Counted from the stretch's first letter, positions 29,212 to 41,774 are shown. The stretch is DNA of 64,000 nt from Macrostomum lignano (GCA_002269645.1 NIVC01000010.1:124001-188000), one strand, 5' to 3'. Notes: generated by a model from the letters alone, not told the origin. A program made the numbers and translations.

Positions 29212-29829
29212 ATGAATTTCTCTATCAAAATTGGCTGGTTACTACTGTCAGGTCTGGTGCAACTGCTCATCATGCCAACCCCATCGGAGCAGCTTACATT
29301 GAAGAGAACGCCAAAATTCGACATTATTCCAACGGAGCGGGCAATTGTGGATTTTCAAAATGGTGCGAATTTTTTTCAGCATATTTTGTTTTACTTTTTA
29401 TAACTTTAAAGATTTTTTAAATTAGTATTATTAAAGAATTTTGGTAGTTAATCTGATCTAGTCTTAGTAAGAAACTTGCCATACGCAAATTAAATTTTAA
29501 AATGGCGCGCATTTTCTTCCGGTGTTTAATTTGTTTATTTTTGCAATGCTGTAAACAAAACAAAATTAAAGATTGTTATTTAAGTAAGCATGAGTGAGGG
29601 AAAAATTACTCCAATAAACCGGATAAAATGATTTGTTTATTTGGTTTCAGAAACAAGAAACAAGGTCGGCAATGCCCAGCCAACTCTACAGACTTCCACC
29701 CCCGGTACATCCAACCGCAAGAACCGCCCGGATTTGCCATTTAAAAAGTCCACTGTGCCGTTTGAGAAGCTGAGCCAGCTGGAAAAGCGATGTCGCATGT
29801 TTGACCACCGGGCCTGCCCGATCGGCTGA
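29212..29829 (+). CDS. Secreted peptide precursor B, 109 aa, ending KR-CRMFDHRACPIG; join(29212..29362,29651..29829)
   Basis: Signal-like N-terminus MNFSIKIGWLLLSGLVQLLIMPTPS, donor G|GTGCGA, strong phase-1 acceptor TTTCAG at 29650, same intron phase and same terminal peptide as precursor A. Confidence 0.82.
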
Positions 29830-29989
29830 AGGTTGCAAGCTTTGCGAACAGGAAACTCGCGCACTCCATGTGTCTCTGTAGTGTTAATTGTTCTTTATGC
29901 CATTAGCGAAATAAGTGTCCAATATTTACCTGCAGTTGTATTCCAATTGTCTGACTCTGTACTGCACAGATTACCCATCTGCTTACCCA

Positions 29990-30213
29990 AGGGAGTTGCG
30001 ACTGACTCGCTACTGAAAGGTGGTCGGGGGTTCGATTCCCGATCCCACTCGGAACAATCTGTGTTCTTGAGCAAGACACCCAACTTCAGTTCACCCAGCT
30101 GTAAAATGGGTGCCAGCATTAGCTGGGGTAATTGGGGCTGTGTGTGGCGACCCCCCCACCCCAGTCCTTGGACTGAACAGCCGTAAGCCTTCAGATGCGC
30201 CGCGCAATTAGCT
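29990..30213 (+). mobile_element. tRNA-derived SINE with CORE-like domain, copy 2
   Basis: B-box GGTTCGATTCC (30029); CTTCAGTTCACCCAGCTGTAAAATGGG; tail CAGTCCTTGGACTGAACAGCCGTA...GCCTTCAGATGCGCCGCGCAATT shared with copy 1. Confidence 0.8.
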
Positions 30214-30989
30214 GTCGGTTGCACATCATTATTATTCATAGATTTCCCATTCGCTCTCATCACATCTTTTTTGGCTTCTTCGCAGTTTTTACAACTTATT
30301 TGGGCGTTAAAAAATCGATAATGTTCATAATGCGTCAAAGCCCATGGCGCACTTGCAGACTATTGATGTTTCAAAGTGTTGTCTGATATTACAGCTAGGT
30401 GACAAGAATTGAAAAAAGCAAAGACACAACTTTGGAAAAAAGACAACGCAGCTACTTATATTTATTGTTTCGTTTGCAATTAATATTCGCGTTAAAGTGG
30501 GATAAGAGCGCCTTTTTCTCCATGTGGCATAGGGGGGATTAAGACCTTCAGGCCCCTCTACCAAACTGACTGTCTTTGGGGGGGGCAGCTGCATTCTCAA
30601 GGAATTTATTGAAGGAACAAAAAGAGAAATGAAAATGAAACAAAATGCCTGACGGAGAGGCCATTCCAGCGGATGTCTCAGGTGTCACAGGCCCAAGCCA
30701 GGTGCCCACCAACCCCTGAGGCGCGGGGAGCAAAGGCGCCCCACGTCATCAGCTGGCCCAGCCGTCATAGCTAAACGCGGAGGTGCAAGTGGTTAAACCC
30801 CCCCCCCTGACAGCTTCCAAGGGCGAGTAAAACGGCGAGAAGGCGGAAAATGGACTGTTAACTGCGCGGCTTGTGCGGGGTTTCAATATGCGATTTTCTG
30901 CCGGGCATGCAGCTTGTTGGGCAAAGAAAAGAGGCCGGTTGCTGATGCAAACAAAGGATTGTTGAGCCATGCGAGACAAGAAAGAGGAT

Positions 30990-31212
<223 letters not shown>

Positions 31213-31294
31213 CTGTACAGGCAGGCCAAGCGCTGATCAGAGTGCTCCTGCAGAGGCACCCGCAAGCTGCCGCGACTCTCCCTATTTTCCCCTG

Positions 31295-34200
31295 TCAGTC
31301 AAGCAGGCAGATGCAGCCGTCGTTGGTCCCCACCGCGCAGACTCCGTCCGCCCGGCAGTCGATGGCGGTGACGCAGTCGCCGAATCCCGACACAGTCGAC
31401 ACCGGCCGATTGAGGCTTCTGGCGTCGAAAAAGGCAACCCGACGGTCCTCGGTGCCGCAGGCGAAATCGTCGGCGTAGGATGAGGAACCGGCGCAGGGGC
31501 GGAGGCTGAGGCCGCTGCGAAGGGAGCCGCTCAGCCGGATTAGGGTGGCCGCCACCGGCCTGGAAAGGTGAGATTAATGTGGGAAGGGTGAGATGAAGGG
31601 GTGAAGGGTGAGATGAAGGGGTGAAGGGTGAGATGAAGGGGTGAAGGGTGAGATGAAGGGGTGAAGGGTGAGATGAAGGGGTGAAGGGTGAGATGAAGGG
31701 GTGAGATGAAGGGATGAAGGGTGAGATGCACTTGAAGAAGGGTGAGATGCACATAATAAAGGGTGAGATGCAAATGATGAAGGGTGAGATGCACATTATG
31801 AAGGGTGAGATAAGCTTCATGAAGGGTGAGATGAATTCAGAGATGCCTGATATAGACTGATGGGAAGAGCAGATGAGAATGCGAGAGCTCACGACCAAGG
31901 CAGAAAATATTTTTTTATTTGGGAAGAATCGGAGTTGGGAAGAATGGGATTTGAAAAAAAGCAGAATTAGGGAGAATGATATTTGAGAAGAATGGGATTT
32001 GGGAAGAATCGGAGTTGGGAAGAATCGGATTTGGGAAGAATAGGATTTTGGAAGAGTTGGATTCGGATCAGAAAATCAAGATCTCAAGCAACGCTCACCC
32101 AGATCCGGTCCGCAGATCCCACAGCTTCACTGTGCCACCGCGGGCCGCCGTCAGAAAGGTCCACCCGGTGCCTGGCAGGACGGTAAACGCTGGCGGCCCG
32201 GCGGCTAACTGACTGCCCGCCTCCTCAACGTAGGTTGCTAAGCAACCGGGTTGGCGCGAATTCAAATCGAATAGTCGAACAACGCGATCCGAGCAGGCGG
32301 CCAGGATGCAGTAGGAGTGCACAGAGTTCAACCCGCCGCAGGCCGTGACCTGCTGGCAGTCGGGACGCTCAGGCTGAGCGCCTCCTTGCAGCGGCCAGCG
32401 GCGGAGCTGTAAGTCCTGACATCGTCTCGCTTCTCTGAGCCGTCGCCGAGGTGGCAGGCAAACAGGCGGATCCGGTTGCCCTGGGACAGCAGGAGGAATT
32501 TGTCCAGAAAGTAGAACTGGGCGTGGGTCAGCTCCGCCGGGCGGCACTTCGGCTGCTGGCCTAGACAGCAAAAGTAGAGGGCGGAAATGGGAGGAAGTAG
32601 ACAGCGGAGTGGGAAAAAGTAGAGGGCGGAAATGGGAGGAAGTGGACAGCGTAACGTGAAAAAGTAGAGGGCGGAAATGGGAGGAAGTGGACAGCGGATA
32701 AAAAATGGCGAGCGGAAAACTGAGAAAGCAGAGAGCGGAGAAGCGCACCGCTGGCCCTCCTGAAGTCGCCCAGCTCCAGCAGCTGCCGGCCGGTGGCCAG
32801 ACTCCACACCCGGCAAGCTCCATCGCTGCTAGCGGTGAGCACTTTGTCTCCATTCAGGCTGCAGTCACCGGCAACAAGGGGCGCTCCGAAGCTCGCGCCA
32901 GCCAGCTGGGGACCTTGGCGCCGCTCTCTCATCGCCGCGGATCCCGGGTTCGCGCCCTCGAACAGAGCCGCTGTGCCGTTGGCGGCGCAGCACAGCAGCA
33001 GGCCGGCGTCACGTGACCGACAGAGCGGCAGCAGACGGAGCCGGGTCACCGGCGGCGATGTCCCAGCGTCGGTCGGGCGGATCGTCACGGCGATGCAGCT
33101 CGGCGCCTGCGGCTGCTGCTGTGCGGAGTTCGGCTGCAGCAGCCGCAGGAGTCGGTGGAGACTGCCGGTGCCGGAGCTTCGAGCAGGACTTGACAGCGGC
33201 AGCTTCTGCGGCGCCTGACGTCTGCGTGATGGCGGCTGCCTGGGGGCGCTGAAAGTTGCGGTTAGAGGGATGAGAGTTGAGAACAGGGCGCTTGGTGGTG
33301 GAGTGGCACACGGGGATCACACAGGGCAGCACACAGGGGAGCACACAGGGGATCACACAGGGGATCACAGAGTAGAGGCCCACAGGGGTCATCGAGGGCA
33401 GTTCAAGAATCCAACAGGATGTGCAGGTCACTAACGCGGCTCCGTAGCCAGACGACTTGATTTTGTTGCGGAACGTGACGGACTGGGAAGAATCAATCTT
33501 TCCCCGTCTGTTGAGGCCGCCGTAAGTTTTGCCTGCAACAACAAATTGGCGGCGCTGTTTGAGTTGAAATTGATTGCTGGCACACTGAGCAGCCGGAACT
33601 TCTCTATTCCAAATTTACTTACAAAATTGGACATTAGGGAAATTTTTGCACAAACCCTTCTTATTCCTTCTTAGCATAAATCTCATCCCTCAGCATCAAT
33701 CTCATCCTCCAGCATCAATCTCATCCCTCAGCATCAATCCTATCCCTCAGCATCAATCTCATCCCTCAGCATCAATCTCATCCCTCAGCATCAATCTCAT
33801 CCTCCCAGCATCAATCTCATCCCTCAGCATCAATCTCATCCTCCCAGCATCAATCTCATCCTCCAAGCCTCAATCTCATCGCTCAGCATCAATCTCATCC
33901 TCCCAGCCTCAATCTCATCCCTCAGCATCAATCTCATCCTCCCAGCCTCAATCTCATCGCTCAGCATCAATCTCATCCTCCCAGCCTCAATCTCATCCCT
34001 CAGCATCAATCTCATCCTCCCAGCCTCAATCTCATCGCACAGCATCAATCTCATCCTCCCAGCCTCAATCTCATCCCTCAGCATCAATCTCATCCTCCCA
34101 GCCTCAATCTGTAGGCAGTTCTGTTCTCTAAAAGCAAACTGCGGTCAACAGAAAAAATAATATTTTGTCTCGCTGCCTGTAGAAAGCCATCGGAAACCGC

Positions 34201-35164
34201 CATTTGCGTAACCAAATTGCACACTAATCAGATTAAGAAACGCTGTTTATTAGTAAAAGCTTTTTAAAGATTATTTTTCAAACAAAAATGTTGAAATACC
34301 CTTGCCAGTCACCTCCATGGGTTCATTTTTCATCTGTGCAAGATTTCCAAGTGAAAAAGCTAAATTTTAGTTCTTCGATTGAATTTGCTCGCAATTGCTA
34401 ACTATGCTACTCGAAGTAAAATAAAGATATTTTTAACTTTTTAATATAACTTATGGAGGAAAACCGAGGCACTGACTTGAAAATATGGTTTCCCTAGCTC
34501 GAGCAGCAGATCCCGAAGTCGAGTTGGTTCCTTTCGACGCGTTGGCTCTCTCAGGCATGGCAACTGCCAAAGGTGACTCCGGATTTAGCGGCACCGTGGC
34601 GGCGAATCCCCCGATGGTAGTCAAATCGCTGTCACCATTGACAGCTTCGTTTGATCGGCAGCAGCTCAGGCTGAGCACCTGACCGCCATCGGTGCTTGAG
34701 ACGACTTTCACGTCGGCAACAAACACGCGGAGCACCTCATCTTCAGTATCGTCCCCTGCTTCATCAATGTTCTCCGGGTGCCGCTGTGCTGAGAACCTGC
34801 TCAAACCCGTGCAGCTGCTGACAATGACAGCCCGCTCGCAGATGAACTGACGAATTCCCGATGAACCCACGGCCTCTGCAAAGCTGATAAATCGAAGCTT
34901 TTGAAGCGAGGCCGCGTTCACCAGGTGAACGCCCAGCGCTGTGACCGCCAGGAGGCACCACCAGGACAGGCCGAAACCGTTAGAGGACTGGGCAGGTTGG
35001 ATGAGGAATTGCGGGAGGCTGAGACAGACAGACAGTCAGACAGACAGACAGGCAGACAGACACTAAGACAGACAGACGGACGGACAGACAGACAGGCAGA
35101 CAGACAGGCAGACAGACACTAAGACAGACAGACACTAAGACAGACAGACGGACAGACAGACAGG

Positions 35165-35234
<70 letters not shown>

Positions 35235-36357
35235 CTAAGACAGACAGACAGACAGACAGACACACAGACAGACAGACAGACAGACAGACACTAGACAGAC
35301 AGACAGACAGACACTAGACACACAGACAGACAGACCTGAGTCAGCGCCAGGGCAGCCACAGCCGCAGCGGACTCAGGGCTGAGTGCCGGTCCGGACCCGG
35401 CAGCCGCAGCTTCCAGCTGGCCAGCCGCCAGGCTGCTCCTCGCCAGCTCTCGATAGTCGCCGTCATCGCCGAGGCCAACAACGGTCAGTCGGCCGGCAGC
35501 GGAGCCGAGGTACAGCAGGTCGGACTCGGCCAGAGCGGCGGCGGTGAGAGCGGCGGGGCCGAGCACCGCGGACCGGTGCAGCAGTTGAGCGCAATGATGA
35601 CCTTCTTTGTCTTCGTCGTCCTCGATGCCATCATCGCCGCTGCCCAGGCGCCACAGTTGAAAGGTGCGATCGTCGGAGATTGTCAGCAGGCGATCGTCGG
35701 GCAAGTCGATGGCGAGGTTCACCTGTTGGGAAGCCGGTTGGGTTGGCCATAGAGTTTTCTGTATAAACATGGACATCTAATTCAGAGCCATGGACAACCA
35801 CACCTAATTTAGAGCCATGGACAACCACACCTAATTCAGGGCCATGGACAACCACACCTAATTCAGAGCAAATTTCAAAGCACCTGGGCCGAATGACCAT
35901 CCAACCAGATGCCGGCAGCATCCTGATCTCTGACAGTCGAGTTCAACCGCAGCAGTAGCACTCTTCTAGTATACACCAACGCCAGGAACCGGGCATCGGA
36001 GAGGAACGCCAGACTGTTGGCGACTCGAGCTCCAGTCGCTATTCGTTGCCGACCTTCCACGGGATCGCCGCGGGCGTCGTTATCTGCGCACTCGTCCAGG
36101 TCCCACAGGGTCACGTGATCCTCAGCCTGGCTAGCCAGAAGTCTTGGCGCTACCCGATTGGTCAGGGCTAAACAGACTATTGGACGCCTATGGCCAATCA
36201 GTTGCAGAGGAGTGTGTGGTCTGTCTAAAAAGTGCGTGTGTACTTTTAGCTGGCCATCCGAAGGGCTGCACCAGCAGAGGCAGGTTTCATTGGCAGCGAA
36301 TGCTGACACATTGTTTAACTGGGGCGGCCCGCGGGTGTTTGGCTCGAGTAGCCAATC
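31295..36357 (-). CDS. WDR27: WD repeat-containing protein 27, ~898 aa; exons 36357-35884, 35722-35336, 34987-34477, 33532-33436, 33248-32749, 32560-32099, 31559-31295; 1-nt frameshift near 32363; start exon unresolved
   Basis: Matches WDR27 segments recalled from the human protein: LIGHRRPIVCLALTNRVAPRLL...LWDLDEC, VTFRNKIKSSGY, AQFYFLDKFLLLSQG, LAACSDRVVRLFDLN, KLWDLRT, FACGTEDRR. All introns GT-AG with consistent phases (0,0,1,2,1,2). The ORF-track start at 36372 is TTG, not ATG. Confidence 0.9.
31565..31830. repeat. Minisatellite in last WDR27 intron (GAAGGGGTGAAGGGTGAGAT)
   Basis: Direct reading. Confidence 0.9.
33665..34110. repeat. Composite minisatellite in WDR27 intron (CAGCATCAATCTCATCCT / CCAGCCTCAATCTCATCC)
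   Basis: Direct reading. Confidence 0.9.
35020..35335. repeat. (GACA)n microsatellite filling a WDR27 intron
   Basis: Direct reading; abuts the donor. Confidence 0.95.
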
Positions 36358-38454
36358 CTGAAATATTTTCAAGTTTCAACCTTTGCTTGACGAAAATGAT
36401 ACAAGTGAATGACTTTCCATTGGTTGTGTTGAGGCTTCCTTTCACAGTTTACTAATATAGAGCCAAGCTTACATGTAAAATTGAATATAAATACATCTAT
36501 GAAATTTCTAACAAAAGAATAACTAAAACGAAAAGTACTGTTTAATGTGCACTTTTCTCATTAAATAAATAGGATTTTATGCTATGTCAAAATAGTGAGA
36601 AACTAGCATAACCTCCCATGAGTAGATAGGGACACTATTTATACCATACTATTCCTTTATTTTCAGTAAGCCTGTATGCATTTTTAGATGAATAAGAGAA
36701 ACAAATAAACAAATATATTGTGATTGACATCTAAAAATTATAGTCACATTTAAATTTTACATATATATAAGCGTTATGGCTATGATATATACGTTAAGAC
36801 TAATACTAATTAAATCTATAGTGAAGTGTACATTAAAGTGGATAAATTATAATGGCAAAAAAGCAATTACTTGGCTTATAAAAATGTAATTTAATTAGCG
36901 ATGACTATTTTTATTTTAGCATAGTTAATGCACTGCAAATTATGTCTTATAGGACATGAATAACAAAAAATTAACGGAGCATGAAAAAAATCAATTTTTG
37001 ATTAATATAAAGTAGAAAAAATAGAAACTAGCCATCTATATTATTTGCGTCGAAGAGTCGAAACGCTTTAATAAAAGGACAAGGACTCAAGAAGTAACAG
37101 TAATTTATAATAAAATTAGCACTAGACACTCATTTTAAAATAAATTAGCGCTGATCAGGGTTCTATACATTGTTTACAAATATGATTCGTTATTACTATT
37201 CTCGAACACTTTTCTAGAGAATTTCGAGATCACAAGCCAGTGATCTCTGACACCACGTGTGTTTAAAAATGAGACTAATTTCGTGAAGTCAAATTTAGAT
37301 GTTTTAAGAGATTCTCTGACAAAAATGCAATAAGAAAAGCCATACCTTTATGTGCTGCACAAGCTTTACTTAGCTTTAGCTTTATGTACAAGCTTCAAAA
37401 TTTTATTAATTTAAAGAATAACTTTGTTTCTATTTTTTCGAAACCTTTTTGTTTTACATTAAGAGACACAAGTTAACAGCGCCAATTTGAAAATTTCCAC
37501 CGTTTTACCGCGGGCCTCAAATATCGAAGTCATTAAATGCACGACGCATGCTCCTATCGTGCTTGCCAGATTAGCTTACCATAAATAGAAAGAACTAGTT
37601 GCATTAATTCCACTAGCTAGTTAATTTATACATTATCTTTTAGCGTACTCGATGAATTTGGTCAAATAATTTCCAAGGACCACTGTATATAGCGTCGTCC
37701 TTGATATTTTCTCGGGAGTATGATATAATAATATAAGCCTACTGCCATACTGCTAGGCCTAGTATGTAAAATGAATACTGTTCATTTTTAATTACTTTTC
37801 ATCATTTTTTATTATATATTTTATAATTCTATAATTATTTTTTAATAAATTATATATTACATTGTCCATAGACAGACAGATTTCATTTTTATATGTAGAG
37901 ATATTTTATTTTATTTATATATAAAATAAAAACAAAATTTGGTATATATATAATTTCATATATAAAAACTTAATGAAAGTAATTTAACTGTATATTTTAA
38001 GCTAGGCCTAACTCTATCTTATGTTCTGACTTGAGCTTTAAAAGTCAATTTATAATAATATTTAATATGCTAAAAGAGCACATTGACTGTTTCAACTGAG
38101 TTGCATAGCTTAAATTTGTTAGTTTAGAATTTATGCACTTTAGAATTGATCATAAATGCAATGTCATGAATACTAAGTATCCTCTATTATAGTGATATAT
38201 GTTCAGTAGATTTTGTTCCTATAGGCCTATTAAACAAAGCTTTTTTATTTTTAATAGTGTAATATTTCTGCCTATTATAATAATTAGTGGTAGGCAATGG
38301 TAAAAGTAATATTTAATTATTAAAGTTTATAGCTTTAGAGTCAATTGATGAATTTTAAACATTTTTAATTTTTTGTATACACATAGACAAATACAATTGT
38401 AGATAATATGACAAAATATTTATTTACTATTACAGATTGCTAAGTCTACTAGCC

Positions 38455-40287
38455 ATGATGAATGGGGAATCAAATTTTGCTGCTGAAGATGTCAACAAAA
38501 ATGAGGATCCAGCTTTGTTGCAGAGAATCTCTAAGGTGATGGCTGCCATTCAAACAGAGCAAGAAAAAATAAAAGTTTTAAAACTGTCAGTGCAAGAGGA
38601 AGAGGCAAAGTTGGAAATGCGGCGCAAGAAGGATGAAGCTGATGCAGCACAGGCAGAAAAGGAAACTGCTGAGCAGTTGATGCAGAAACATAGGAAATTG
38701 GTTGAACTAACTAAACAGAATGCTGAACTGCAGACAAAGTATGCCCGTCTCAAGCACCAGGTGTGTACCATATGTATTGCACCCATTGATTGATATATTG
38801 TTATAAGTGAGATTCTCCTTTGAGACTGATCCTCAGGTGAGATTCTCCCTTGAGACTGATCCTCAGGTGAGATTCTCCCCGAGACCGATTCTCAGGTGAG
38901 ATTCTCCCTGAGACTGATCCTCAGGTGAGATTCTCCATTGAGACTGATCCTCAGGTGAGATTCTCCCTTGAGACTGATCCTCAGGTGAGATTCTCCCTTG
39001 AGACTGATCCTCAGGTGAGATTCTCCCTTGAGACTGATCCTCAGGTGAGATTCTCCCTTGAGACTGATCCTCAGGTGAGATTCTCCCTTGAGACTGATCC
39101 TCAGGTGAGATTCTCCATTGAGACTGATCCTCAGGTGAGATTCTCCCTAAGACCGATCCTCAGGTGAGATTCTCCCTGAGACCGATCCCAAATGTGAGAT
39201 TCTATCTGAGACCGATCCTCAGGTGAGATTCTATCTGAGACTGATCCTCAGGTGAGATTCTCCCTAAGACCGATCCCAAATGTTCTATCTGAGACTGATC
39301 CTCAGGTGAGTTTCTCCCTAAGACCGATTCTATTCTGACCAATTCTATTCAGTCTCAAATGTGAGATTCTATCTGAGACCGATCCTCAGGTGAGATTCTC
39401 CCTGAGACCGATCCTCAGGTGAGATTCTCCCTGAGACCGATCCCAAATGCGAGATTCTCTTTGAGATCGATCACAAATGTGAAATTCTCGCTGAGTCTGA
39501 TTCTCGGGTGAGATTTGCCCTGAGACCAAAATAATTTGCTAAGTGAACTTCTCATTGAAATCAAACTATTGTTATTGTTGGATTCCAATCCAGTTACCTA
39601 ATACACTAGCAGTCCATGCCTCACACCCGCGTCAATCAAACCAATAATAAGGTGGAAAACCGCGAACGCGCCCTGGCCGATGCTCGCGCCGACTCGAAAG
39701 CGCAATATGACGCAGCGGCTGACGCAGCCGCAGCCAAGGAGGCCGCCGCGGTGGAAGCCGACGCCGCGAAACTGCGCGCCCAACTGGCCGAGGAGGCGGC
39801 CGCCTCAGCCGCCGAGGTCGAAGCCATCGAGCGCATGCGCCGTCAGGCGGCCGAAGCCGAGGCTGAGCAATCGGCCGAAGAGGCCTCAATGTTGTCCCTG
39901 TCCGAGCGGCTGCGCCAGAGCCTTGCCGAGACCGAAGCCCTGCTAGCCGCTGCAAAATCCGAGACTCGCGCAGTTGAAGCCGCCGACACGGCCGAACTGA
40001 TGACGCTGATGGAGCAGCAGGACGCTGAGGTTGACGCCCTGTTAGAGCAGAGGCCCAGCGGAGCGGAATGGCTGGCAGGCGAAGGCGCGGCCGCCTGGCA
40101 GGCCTATCACAGCAAGCTGCGGCAGCTGCAGTCTGAGTCTAAGGCCAAGCTTGGCCCAGTAAAAGAGCAGCTGGCTGAGGCCTTGCGATCGGTCGCCGCT
40201 GACAGCGAAGACGATGGCAAGGAGGCTCAACGGGAGAAGATTAACAATAAATTCGGCCAGAAGAGGAAGTTGGTGAATGATGATTGA
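38455..40287 (+). CDS. Uncharacterised coiled-coil protein, ~326 aa; join(38455..38760,39613..40287)
   Basis: E/K/A/Q-rich helical sequence in both exons; donor CAG|GTGTGT at 38761; phase-0 TAGCAG acceptor (39610 or 39613); upstream acceptor TTACAG at 38435 implies a 5' UTR intron or trans-splice site. Confidence 0.8.
38808..39525. repeat. 30-bp intronic minisatellite (GAGATTCTCCCTTGAGACTGATCCTCAGGT)
   Basis: Direct reading; degenerates rightwards. Confidence 0.93.
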
Positions 40288-40438
40288 TGAACTCTGGGTG
40301 GAAACAGCTTCCCCCCTATCAGTGTGCTGAACATTTAGACCATATGAATAAAGTGAGCTATTGCTCAAACTTGACTTGAGTCTCAATTCACTAAGAATAT
40401 AGTTAAATTGTGTGCTAGGCCTACCCATGGTTGAATAA

Positions 40439-41168
40439 AACCATGGATTGCTCGTCTGACTTTAATTTGGGGGTGCAATATACCAATATTGATGGGCTGC
40501 AGTCCATCATATGGATGCAGCCCATCCATACTAGTGTTATAGTTAGCGGGCGAGAAACCGCGTTTCACGGCCCGCTGAGACTGTCTATGGTAAAATGCCA
40601 TCTACTCCAATGCATTCAGTCGGTTTCACGGCCCGCTGCGACTGTCTATGGTGAAATCCCATTTACTCCAATACATTCAGTCGGTTTCACGGCCCGCTGA
40701 GACTGTCTATGGTAAAATGCCATCTACTCCAATGCATTCAGTCGGTTTCACGGCCCGCTGCGACTGTCTATGGTGAAATCCCATTTACTCCAATACATTC
40801 AGTCGGTTTCACGGCCCGCTGAGACTGTCTATGGTAAAATCCCATTTACTCCAATGCATTCAGTCGGTTTCACGGCCAGCTGAAAATGTCTACGGCAAAG
40901 TCAGAAGACAGCGGGGTCAGGGGGGGGGGCACCAAGTACATAGCACATTTGCACATCAGCACTCTAGAGAAAGAGAGAATGAAATCTAAGAAATTGTCTA
41001 TGGCCAAAACTCCTTATTTTGTGAATCATTGCAGTGGGAATAAATTGAACTCTCGGAGACTTTCTCGGGCCAACTGCAGCTTGCAACGTTTTTACCATAG
41101 ACAACAAAGGGATCTTCAGTAGCCAAAATTGCACCCCCAAATTTAAGGCAAACGAGCAATCCATGGTT
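40439..41168. mobile_element. Non-autonomous TIR element with internal 61-bp tandem repeats
   Basis: ~41-bp inverted repeats AACCATGGATTGCTCGTCTGACTTTAATTTGGGGGTGCAAT (40439) and ATTGCACCCCCAAATTTAAGGCAAACGAGCAATCCATGGTT (41128-41168). Period-61 array at ~40557-40885. No clear TSD. Confidence 0.65.
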
Positions 41169-41774
41169 AGAGACTCGCATCAATATGAATAAGCTTTGGC
41201 CATAGACCAAACTTTTAAAGCATTTATGCTCAGGTCATAGTCAGCTTTCCTATTTCTCTGGTAGCATGTCTGAATTATTGTAGTTACAAAAAAGGCACCT
41301 GCCCGAATGAAAGTGACGTAGGTACGATGGTGTACGGTTGCTCACTTTCTTCATACGGTCTCAACCGTCTTATACATTCTTTGTTTGCTATTGTTGTTGT
41401 TAAAATGCAATATACTAGTTCCTATGCATTTTCGCACCCACAGTATGGTTTTCTTTCTTTTTCTCTTTTTTAATGAAATAAAAAACTAAAATGTCAGGAT
41501 GTGTTCTCAATTCAACTGCTTGGGAAGACCTTTCTTGTCTTCGGTTTTAGATTGATGGCGCCGTTTTTTGCGGCCGGACAACTGCTTAAAATTATTTTAA
41601 GTGTGGCCTTGTTTTTTTACCTTTTTTCTACTTTAAGTAGCAATTTTAGTGTGTGATTAATTTTGTAAGCATCGGGAATTCACGGCAATTTTGATAGTCA
41701 ATTTGTAGAGTAGAAAATCCATTAGATAAAGACAGTAACTAACACAATTAGACAGTGAGTTACACGATTAGATT

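Noticed and set aside
30640-30860. Possible non-LTR retrotransposon 5' fragment
   Set aside because: GC-rich and element-like, but no RT or endonuclease motif and no second copy in the window.
32340-32380. Programmed ribosomal frameshift in WDR27
   Set aside because: No canonical slippery heptamer; a homopolymer indel is the simpler explanation.
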